A stretch of DNA of 64,000 nt, from assembly GCF_009914755.1 (NCBI RefSeq), contig NC_060939.1. One strand, given 5' to 3'. Below, piece by piece: positions 47,508 to 64,000 of this stretch. The notes under the pieces were generated by a model that saw only the letters and a list, made by a program, of their open reading frames with translations, was not told the DNA's origin and ran no database searches. Origin of the DNA: the human T2T-CHM13v2.0 reference genome, Homo sapiens. Position 1 is the first letter of the stretch. Every line of letters starts with the position of its first letter. The position numbers were made by a program, and so were the translations under genes.

Positions 47508-50252
47508 GTTAGTGCATATTCGTGTTTACTTATTTCAAAGTTCAAAGTTCTGAAGATATTTAGAGTCTGTATGTAAGGCCCAGTGGCGTAAGAGCTTTTA
47601 ACATAATGAGCCAGATCTGGGCACCAGCGTGGAGATGCATTTTTACAGGGTGAATCATTAATTGGGCATTCTAAGAGTCACTCAGCCTTTTCAATGATTC
47701 ATCAGCCATGCTGATGCTGTTGTGTAGTTCATATTATTGTTGTAATTAGCTGATGCTTGTCAAATGTAAACCTGGCTCTAACCTGGGTGTTTTCAAAAAC
47801 AGCACTAGTTACTGTGTATTCAGGTAGAGGGGGTCAGCATACTGTAACTCTCTGTTTTCCTGACTTGTAATAATTAACCCCTTCTCTCAGGGGACGCACT
47901 CTCATTGTCTTTCCTGTAAACAGTTGGTAATTGTGAGTGGAGCTGTGGAGTGAGAAAGTGGGTACTGCTTTTCCTGTTTCAAGGGCCTGCATGTTCAGAA
48001 GCAGCAGTGTGGCATGGGAGATGTTATAGCAGCAGAGTCAGGGGCCAGTTCTTTCACTGCCTGATAACTTGGGCTTTCCAAGGGAAAGGGAGGGAGGTGG
48101 TCACTGCGGGTGAGACAAAGAAAGTGCTTGGTAAGGGATTTCTGGGATCCTTGAGCCCAGAGTGGATTAGATGGGATTAGAGACCCACTCTGAGCTGTTT
48201 CTACCTGCATCTTAATCCACTCCAGAGCTGAGGCTTCCTGATCCCTCTAACCAGGTGCATGTTCACTGGGCTTCCAGCTTCCAAGCCTTCTACCTGTGGA
48301 ATGCTTGGTCCAATGTCTGGGGCACCCACTCTTACTCCAAACTCCTCCAGATCTGCAGAGTGGCCCAGCATATTCTCTTCTTGAAAGGAGGTCTTTGCCT
48401 AACAGAAGTAAGTCTGTAACCCTAGGCTGATTGGAGAAAGGGGTGTGGTGTTTATGTGACCTGTTTTCTTGCCTCCAGGGCAGGTCAAGGAATCCTTCCT
48501 TGACCCTTAAAAACAGCAGTGGTTTTAACAAGTTTTCTCCTTTTTGCTTTTAACTTTTTCTTGGTTCATAGTCTGCATGCTACTGTCTCATGGAGCCAGG
48601 AGCAGAGCAGGAGAGGGGGAAAGCTGGGGTCTGATGGAGGCTGGGAACCTTGTGGCCTGTGCCTGAGCTCTGTGGGACCATGTTGGGGCAGGGATGGGAG
48701 TGCCCTAGGCCCGGAAGCAGGTTGGCCGTGGCTCAACACTCACCAAATGCACCCAACCTTAGCTAAGACTTCTCCTTATAGGGGGATCATCGATACCACA
48801 TCTTCCGGGCCCATTTTCCTTACTTAACCAGATGTTAGGCCATGCAGATTGGAGAAATATAGTTATCTCTACTTAACACGTCATAAATTACAATCATAAA
48901 TTACCCCCGTGTTTGTGTGCCCTTGTTCCGAAAGCAAAGGTTCTGAAACAACCTTAGTTGAGATGGACGTTTCCAGTGAGGGTAGGTATATCAGTAGGTT
49001 GAGACGAAGCATGCCAATGCAGGTACGATTTACTTATTTGTTTTTAATTGCTGTAGATAAACCCTAATTCATAACTATTTACTGGAGGTGAATTGGGCCC
49101 CCATCCGCTCCACTTTTAAGGCAAGCTTAAACTTCTCCCTGATAACCTGTCACTGGTTTTGCCTTTAAAGACCCAGCCTCATCAGCCCATTTTCTTATTG
49201 CCACAAAAAAACCTGTGCAGCCACTGACCTCCTCTGTGACCTCGGGCAAGTCCTTTCCTTACACTGGGCATTCACTGCCCCATCTATAAGCAGAAGGTAA
49301 TAGACCGGCCCATCTCTATGCCGGAGAACTTTGTCTTCAAACCCCACAGCCTTCTCTTTGCGCTGAGGGCAGGGCTACTGGTCGATGCAGGAGGAGGAGG
49401 CCTTGGAGAGGTCCCTCTGATGAGGAAGCCCATCCGAGCGGCTCTCATAGGCCACACACTTGAAACGAAGTGCGCGTCTCCACTTGAACGGTAAAATCTC
49501 GGTGCTGACCCAAGGCTCTGATGGTAGGTTTTCTAGGGAAGGCTGGTGGGTTTCCTCACTGGGAGCAAGGCATCCTCTGCAGTCACATATGGGCAATGAC
49601 AGCTCATTCTCACTAGGGTCTGTCCTGCTCACATCACAAAAATAACCATAAAAGTCCCTATTATTTACTGAGGGCTTATCATGGGTGAGGTGCCGCACTG
49701 AGGGGCAGTCCCTCCAGGGGTATTGTTTCCATTTCACAGGGAGAAGTGTTGTTGAAGTTCAGAGAAGTTAGGTAACCTGCCTAAGGCCTCACAGCACCAC
49801 GAGTGGCAGAGCTGGGATTCTACCCCAGGCACTTAGCTCTGAAGCCCGAGCTCCTGACCACTTTGCCTGTATCCTTTCATAAATGTAATCTTTAAGCTGC
49901 GGCTGTTCCCTGTTAAGCCCCTGTTTAAAGATCTATCAAAGTAGATGCCTCCTCTGAGTTGCAGCCTTCTCTGATTCTCCTTATCATCATGAGAGCAGAT
50001 ACCAAGAGGTAGAGATGGCCAAAAGGTTTTAAGTTCCCTCTATTCTCTTGTACAATGCAGTGCCAAGTAATACCCTGGGGTTACTCACACTGCTATGGCC
50101 TCTAGTTGAAGATAGGAGTGCTGTGGTTTTTTTCTTGGCAAGAAATTGTGGACCAGGGGTGATATCCAATCACAGTCCTCTGGCCTCATTTGGGACACAG
50201 AGGGCAAGTATTTTTTTAACCCTATTATTTTACAAAAATATTAAAAGGCAAG

Positions 50253-50572
<320 letters not shown>

Positions 50573-51199
50573 CAGCAAGTAAGCAATCATGATTTTTTGA
50601 CTTTTCAAGGAATTTGCAAACAACATGTATTCCCTTTGCCCATCTAGCTTTTGGGAAAGGACACCCAAATTCCAACAGTCACCTACCTAGAAAAATAGAT
50701 AACCACAGCCATGGTCCATTCCATTGCGACTTGGTGATGTCAGAAGGTCTCAGGCTCAGGAGGGGCATCTCCCAGGGTCTCTCAGCAAATATCCCGATTC
50801 CTTAAACTGGGACAGTGTTTTCTGTCTGCAGAGTGTGCTCCCACCTTGGAATGGGCTTGTCTGGCCTGACCCTGAATATGCCCAGCAGGGACTGCATCCC
50901 TCAGTTCATAGATACAGAGGTTGAAGGTCAGGGAGGTGAAGACAGAAGGGGCAGCCAGTCAGAGCCAGCAGCTGCAGCAGGACCCAGATTTCTTGATTCT
51001 GAGTCCAGGATTCTTTCCACTCCACCAGCTCTCTTGTATGGACAGCTCAGGGGTCAGAGAAAGCACCTTTATTTCTGAATTTCCTTCTTCTCTCCTGTAG
51101 CCTTATGACCAGTGTTCAGAAGATTTATCTCTTTCTAGCTTGGGACTTGCACCCAGCAAGTTTCCATGCAAGGCAGCTGCCTTTAAGAAGAACAGAAGA

Positions 51200-51950
51200 G
51201 TCCCAGTTGGGCTTATGGGGAATGAAATCAGTCCCAAGCCCCGATCTCTCTGAAAAGTTGTTATTAAATTCTGTGCCTGGCCCTGACCTGGATTTAAAGA
51301 TTTGCAAGAAGACAAATTCCAAACAGATGCCCATTAGGGCCGTGACAGCCGCAGCTTAAAGATAACATTTACATTCTGCCGGGGTTTGTATCTCTCTGTT
51401 CCCCACTCGGCCCCTCTCTTTCCTCCGGTGGGATCAATACCTCGGTTGAGGTTACGTGGAGGTGGCCACATTCTTTTAAGCTGTTTGCTCAGTGCTTGGT
51501 TTGCTCTGCTAACACGCTGGGCACTTCTTCCAACAGCCCTGTTTGCCCAGCATTAGGGCTGTTTGTTGAAACACCTAGCCCAATCCGAGGGGGCTCAGCT
51601 TTCTAAACAGTTGGTCCCCGAATCTGTCAATCAATAACACCAATTGGGTTCCTGATACGAACAGCAAGTGTGGCCAAGTCCAATATTTGCCCAAACACTG
51701 CCTCCTCCCCCTGCACCTGACTGTCCCCCAGCTTGACTAAAAGGACGATCACCAGGCGCATGGGCTGCTGGGAAGATACAATGTTGGCAAACAGGGAGCT
51801 GGTTCCAGGAAAGAAGGGCACATGAGCAAACATGATGGCCCCTTTATGAGAGGTAATTTACTGAAATGCACAGCGATTACCTGCTCACCCAGCCCTGATG
51901 TAATTAAAAATGGCAGGCTAGGGGCTCTGTTTCCCCCGGCTCTGGCAGAG
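51200..51950 (+). promoter_or_regulatory. Candidate DRAIC promoter / regulatory block
   Basis: Repeat-free; exact PBX-MEIS/PREP decamer CTGTCAATCA at 51624-51633 next to CCAAT (~51640); TAATTA and TTTATG homeodomain sites. Confidence 0.5.
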
Positions 51951-52036
51951 AAACCTGGGTTTCGACTTGTGAAGCTTGAGGTTGGATGTGGGAATTGGCT
52001 TGGAGTCATAGGCGATGAGAGGGACATTAGGATATT

Positions 52037-55265
<3,229 letters not shown>

Positions 55266-55278
<13 letters not shown>

Positions 55279-55599
55279 CTTGCAGTGTCTTGCAGTATTG
55301 TGAAACCAGCAACTTGTTCACAATTCTTCTGAATTTCTTGGGAAATTTGAAGTGGAGTACCTGTACCAACATGAAATGACACGAATTTAAGTGACGCTCA
55401 ACAACGAAAAGCAAAAAGAACCAAAGAGGAAGCAACTGAAACAACATCTGGATGTATTTAAAAATATACAATGCCTCCAAAATCAGGTGTCATTAATGAA
55501 AATTCTGAAGAAATGCCACCGGACATAGCCAACGCACCTACGCTGTTGTTATTCATTTCCTGCTTTTCACAGAAAACAATTTTGTTGCATGGAAGATCG
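55266..55599 (+). ncRNA. DRAIC: DRAIC exon 4 (alternative internal acceptor at 55572/55573)
   Basis: Acceptor cgttgtcctgtag|; donor TCG|GTGAGT; second strong acceptor ttcatttcctgcttttcacag|. Confidence 0.7.
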
Positions 55600-55974
55600 G
55601 TGAGTTAAAAAAAGACCTGCCCTGGGTGTCAAGCACAGTAGTTACACCGCTGGTTCTGCTCCCTCTGCTTGGGATACATGGGCAGGGTGCCCTGGTGGTA
55701 GGGCCTTGGTCACCAGCAAAGTCAGTTCCCATGGGATCCTCTTTCTGAGCTGATGCCCACTCCCCTGAAGAAGGGGCTTCTATTCAGGCCTCTTGTTGCA
55801 AGGAGCAGAAACCCACTTAGGCTGGCTCAAGTCCGCTGTGTTCCGCTGTTCAGCATCCTGTTTCACAGATGTGTCCCAGCCTCTCTTGGGGTATGACACG
55901 AGGCTGGCAGGGGAGACCCAGGGAATGTCACCAGTCCTTGGGGTTGCCTCAGCTCAAAACAGTCCTTCCTTTTA

Positions 55975-55977
<3 letters not shown>

Positions 55978-56005
<28 letters not shown>

Positions 56006-56285
56006 GAGATTGGGTCTTGCTCTGTTGCTCAGGCTGGAGTGCAGTGATGTGATTTCGGCTCACTGCAGCCTCCACCTCCTAGGCTCAAGCAATCCTCCCA
56101 CCTCAGACTCCTGAGTAGCTGGGACTACAGGCACGTGCCACCATGCCTAAGTTTTAAATTTTTTTTGTAGAGACAGGATTTCGCCATGTTGCCTAGGCTG
56201 GTCTCAAACTCCTGAGCTCAAGTGATCCACCTGACTCAGTCTCCCAAGGTGCTGGGATTATGGGCGTGAGCCACCCTGCCCGGCC
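55978..56285 (-). mobile_element. AluJ
   Basis: Antisense Alu with long T tail. Confidence 0.88.
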
Positions 56286-56665
56286 TCCTTCCTTCCACTT
56301 TTAGGTAGCTGTGTTCAGAGTGCTTCATCCAGCAGAGGCAAACAGGTACAAAATTTCTTCCAAGGCCCTGTGGGAAATTTTTATTAATTCAGTTGACAAA
56401 TATGTGTTAAGTGCCTTCTTTAAGGACAGACAATGTCAGACCTGACTCAGAGGCTGTCTTCCTTGGGGAGCTATGGCAAACATGAGCATGACCAGAATTC
56501 AAGGAAGGGCAGGACGGGGGCTCTAAGAGAGAGGGAGGTGAGTTGTTATGGGCATGTGAAGAAGGGTGAGAGAACTTCGCCCCAGGGGTCTCCAGGAAGG
56601 GCTGGGGGCCTTTGTAGAAACTGAGATGTGCCAGGAGAGAACATCTTCTAAAGAATGGCATGCTT

Positions 56666-58304
<1,639 letters not shown>

Positions 58305-59912
58305 TTATACCAGCTCTGTGACTTTGAGCAAGTCCCCCCTGCCTTCTGGGACACAGCTCCCTCCTCTGATGAAGCGGGGTGGGAGGGCCAATGGTCTGAC
58401 ATTGAAATTATGGGCTGAATGTAATGAGGATAAAGTCAGGCAATCACAGAGCGCCAGCCCCCATCCAGAGTTAAGTGCTTAATAAACGGTGACTGATGGC
58501 AGGTTCTCAGGGTGTCCCAGGAACTTCCCCTTCGCTGGTGGTTCTCTACCCTGAGGCAGAGTAGAATCAAGGACTTAACTCAGACCTTCACTCAGAAAAG
58601 GCCTTTCTGCAGGTGCTGGGCTAATTCTGGGATGTGGTTCTCTGATGAGAGAACCCAGTCCACACTTGGAATTCCCAGAGGAACAGATACCGTGGCCCTT
58701 GCACAACCTTCCTCAAATATACACTGTCTCAGTGGAGCTTTTGAGAGAAGCTAGATAGCTCTTGTAAAATATAAACCGTCATTTTTGTTGCTAATAATAA
58801 TAATGACAGTAATTCCTAGGCTCCTGCCTTGGAATCATAGCCTATCTGGAGGCAAATTTCATCATCACCCAAGGACTGGCCCAGCACCAGGAATAATAAT
58901 TTCAGCATTCCTTATGCCTCAGAGGTTCACTAGGTCTGTGTGCGTGCCTTTCTGACTCACCTCTAGATATGGTGGTCCCTGTGCTGCAGGAGAGCTTTTG
59001 CTCTTTCACTGCCATTCATGACTTTCGTGTCTCTCAGGTACTTGAGCTGTATACCTAATTTAATCCTATAGCAACCTTGTGAGGGAAGTTATCTTAGGGA
59101 TGGCTGGGATTTGAACCCAGTTCTGTCTGCGTTCAGAGCCCAAGCTCCTAAGCACAGCCTCTTTGCTGTTTGATGGAAACAATTCTAGCTCTGGGAGGTG
59201 CAGGCCAAGATGTGCACCCTGAAACAGGTTTCTCTGAAAGGAAAGAATATAAAATAAGGGCCTCGACCTAACTCAGTGAAATGTCTTATGCTCAATCTTC
59301 ACTGAGTGAGAATCTGTTAAAATCTGGTGAGTCCTGTGCTGAACTTGCCTGGAGCACTTTCCAGGTAGAGAGAAACTGGTGAATGAAGAAAATGCATCAT
59401 GATGATTGCAGGGGAAACACTTAATCTGTGGAAGATAATACCTTGTTTTGAGGCATTTGCAAATACTTTCTGAGACACCCTGTTCCATGCCAATAATGGA
59501 TGGACTAACCTCAAATTGTTCTTATTTGTTCATTAATGCAAGTCCCCCAAGGGCTTGCTATGCAACACTTTATTAGCCTGGACCGAGTAATATATTTTAA
59601 AGCAATAAAACTACATTATTTTAAAATTATTTTTTAATGTGGACTTTCCAGCCATTGACTGCCCTCTCTGATAGGTCTGAATTAGTGAGTTTTAATTGCG
59701 TGTAAAAGAGCAATGAAATCATCATTATGAAAATGATGGGGTGCCTCCTTCATGGCAGGCACTGTGCTGGGCCTTATCGCACTCAGCCTCACTACACCCA
59801 CCATGTGGGCACCCCATGCCTTCACTGCACAGACAGAACTCACGTTCTGAGGGGTTCAACTCCTTGCTAATGAATGGGGGAGCTGGGACTTAGGCCCAGG
59901 TGTGTCAACCTC

Positions 59913-60860
<948 letters not shown>

Positions 60861-61119
60861 CCTCCAAGGCCCCACTTTTTCATCAACACTCCTTGGACGC
60901 AGCAGAAGTATGAACATAATATGGTCCTGAATGAGGCTGAGTCTTTGGGCGCAGAAGACCCGGGTTAATAAAAATAGGAAGGTAAGAAAAGAAAAGAAAA
61001 ATCAAGACACATCATAGGACTAAATTCCTATTATTTATCCACTCAGGATTGACCACCCCTTTGGGCCAGATAGTTGTACCCCCATGTACCAGGTGGGCAC
61101 ATGAAGACACAAGAAGTGC

Positions 61120-61644
61120 TGTGATGGTTCATTTTGCACGTCACCTTGCGTGGAGTATGCCAACTCATTGTTTGGTCAAACACTAGTCTGGACATGGTGG
61201 TAAAGGTATTTTTTAGATGAGATTAACGCTTAAATCAGTAAAGCAGGTTACCCACCATACTACGGGTGGGCCCTGTCCAATCAGTTGAAGGCATTAAGAA
61301 CAAAGATTGAGGTTTCCTAAAGAAGATGGAATTCTCCTTGAGACTACAACATAGAAACCCTATCTGAGTTTCCAGCCTGTTGCCCTGTGGAATTCAAACT
61401 CAGGACTCCGGTCTATGGCATTAACCCTCACTTAACTTTTCAGCCTGCCAGCCTGCCCTATGGATTTCGGACTTGCCAGCCACACAATTCCTTAAAATAA
61501 ATCTCTCCGTCTCTGTCTGTTTCTCTCTGTCTATATACACACCTGCATGCATATATACATATATATATGTATGCATCTATATATTTATATCTAATCTCGT
61601 ATTGCTTATTGGTTCTGTTTCTCTGTAGAACTCTGCCTAATACA
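61120..61644 (+). mobile_element. MLT2C-like ERVL solo LTR
   Basis: TGTGATGGTT start, ggttctgtttctctgtagaac...taataca end. Confidence 0.85.
61496..61501 (+). terminator. Polyadenylation signal AATAAA donated by MLT2 LTR
   Basis: cttaaAATAAAtctctc followed by a CT/GT-rich tract. Confidence 0.65.
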
Positions 61645-63159
61645 GCTGAAGATGTATTCTCTTTAGAAAGCTTGCAATTACTGGGGAACAATCAGTACAG
61701 AAGTCGACAATTACAGAAAGGGGACTAGGGTAATATGGTGGCCAATGTCCTTGTGAGTAGTGGTGACAGAGGGCAACAAGTTAGAGACTGCCAAGGGAAA
61801 GTCAAGAGCAAGGGAAACAGAGATGAAGTAGGTTCAGCCAGGCCCCACCACCTACCCAGACTAAACCTGGAGAGTCTCTTTTCCCTTTAGTCTTTTAAAA
61901 ATATTTTATTTCTGTACTTCAATGGATGCAAGCCCCTAAGTCCTGAAGGATCTGTTGTTTGTTGTGTTACTCCAAGCAAGTATTAGCCTAGAAGGGACCT
62001 CACCTCCCAACAATGAAATGCAACTCTTACATTTTATAGATTGGGAAACCAAGTCTCTGAGAGCTTTCTATTAAAGTGACAAAGGTACTGGATCATGGTA
62101 AGCAGGAATATGTACCCAAAGGAGTAATAGCAGCTGTTCATATGCATTTTATTCTAATGCGCCTTCCTGTGATCATGTTAAATGAATTCCTGGGTTTTTA
62201 CCAAACTTGACTCTTTTGAGAAAGAACCAAAGGAGCTAAACCAAACAACTCTTGGGGATGGATCTGCAAATGTTACTCCTGAGCTATGGGGGCTCCAGGT
62301 CCACCTCACATTGCCCCCTGCAGTCACCCTCATCCAGCCCTAGCCCCCAGGCAGATTGTCCCTGCAGACTGGCAAAGTCATTTCCAGGTGTGGTCTCAGA
62401 GAACCTCTCTCTGGAATGGTAGAAGGGTTTGTAGCCATAAGAGCTGATATCAAGGGGGCTTCTAGAAATCTAGAAAATTTAATTCCCCAGAATGTGCCTG
62501 AGAGTTAGTTTCTCCTCTAGAGTCCTTTTCTTAGGAAGCACCGGAGTCCATGCTTGCTCTTATATTTTTATCCAAATATCACCTCTATTAAGGCATCAAA
62601 GTCCCGTGAGAAACACCAGCTCATGCCCTCTTGTCCTCCCCGACTCCTACTGGATAGTAGGGACAGAAAAGTGGAGATTATTCCGCATTTTATAGAAAGA
62701 GAAACCAAGGTGCAGAGGAGGGTGGAACTAGCTTCTGATCCTAGGCTACACCCCTGGCAAACTGGGAAAGGTGTGTCAGGAGGAGTTGCCACAGGCATTG
62801 GCCCCAGGAAAGCCCTGCTTTGTCACTTTGAGAGGACAGGGCACCACCTAGGCTGGCCTTGCCAATTAGAACCAGCTCTGCTGCTCCAAAGACACCCAGG
62901 CCAGTGAGGGGTCCACATGTGGACAAGCTTTAAAATCATAATTCTTCCCTCTGACAGTTCTCTGAGGTCCAAGACAACCTGTTTGGTAGTGATGCTCTGT
63001 GACCCTCTGGCTCCCTATCCCAGGGATGTGGGGTAGAGCTGCACCCTAAGTCTCTTCTTACTGTGGGCGATAAGGATTGCAGCCATTAGCCAGAGTAGGG
63101 GGGAGAGACATCATCTGCTAAAGTAGGAAGGGCATGTGGTCTGAATACCTGAAATTTAA

Positions 63160-63504
<345 letters not shown>

Positions 63505-64000
63505 TGACCTTAGATAAGTTACTGAACCCCTCTGAGTCTCAGTTTGTGCCTCTGCCTCTGTAAAACAGAAATAGTAAGAATAACTACCCCCAGGGGCTAT
63601 CAGTGACTTCACACAAAGTCATGAATGTGCTCATATTCTGTAGACTGTAAAGCACTCTACCAACATTCACTGCCATTCTTTCTTGATATGCTTTAAAGGA
63701 GATGGGGGAAAGAAAGGATCCAGAGCTGGGAAATTCTGCTTTCTCAAATCCTTTCTTGTTACAGTGAGGCCGTAGTCCAGAGAGTTTAAGCAGTCAGCTC
63801 TAAGTCACAGAGGGCAGGAGGCAGGGTTTGCATTGAGCAGTGAGGGTGGGTAGGGAATGAGGGGACTGTGCTAGCGCCCAGAGACTGGACCACGATGAGA
63901 CCCTGGAGGAACCCTGCAGGAGGGTATTAGGGCAGGGGCAGCGAGGTAGGGGGAGCCAGGTGGGCAGTGGGCTAAGGACACAGTGCTGTCGAGTGGGGAT

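Overview
Human (primate) genomic DNA with no conventional protein-coding gene. A large part is interspersed repeat: Alu (including a consensus-like AluYa5), old L1M/L1PA, L2, MIR, CR1, solo LTRs (MLT1/MLT2, LTR8, MER39, LTR12C) and DNA-transposon fossils. Between these lie AT-rich, homeodomain/FOX-motif-dense blocks that look like developmental enhancers. At ~51.8-61.5 kb a five-exon + strand transcript can be built from splice signals and a poly(A) signal. I recognise it from memory as the lncRNA DRAIC (15q23, TLE3-proximal gene desert). Most notable: (1) exons 1-4 join into an uninterrupted 155-codon ORF that the six-frame track cannot show; (2) an alternative acceptor in exon 4 would remove a 36-nt hairpin, keep the frame and move the stop into the last exon (~192 aa, predicted NMD escape); (3) the exons are largely built from transposon fossils; (4) an intact antisense LTR12C promoter points back at exon 4. 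Repeat subfamily calls are by eye from recalled consensus sequences, and boundaries are approximate unless a TSD is quoted.
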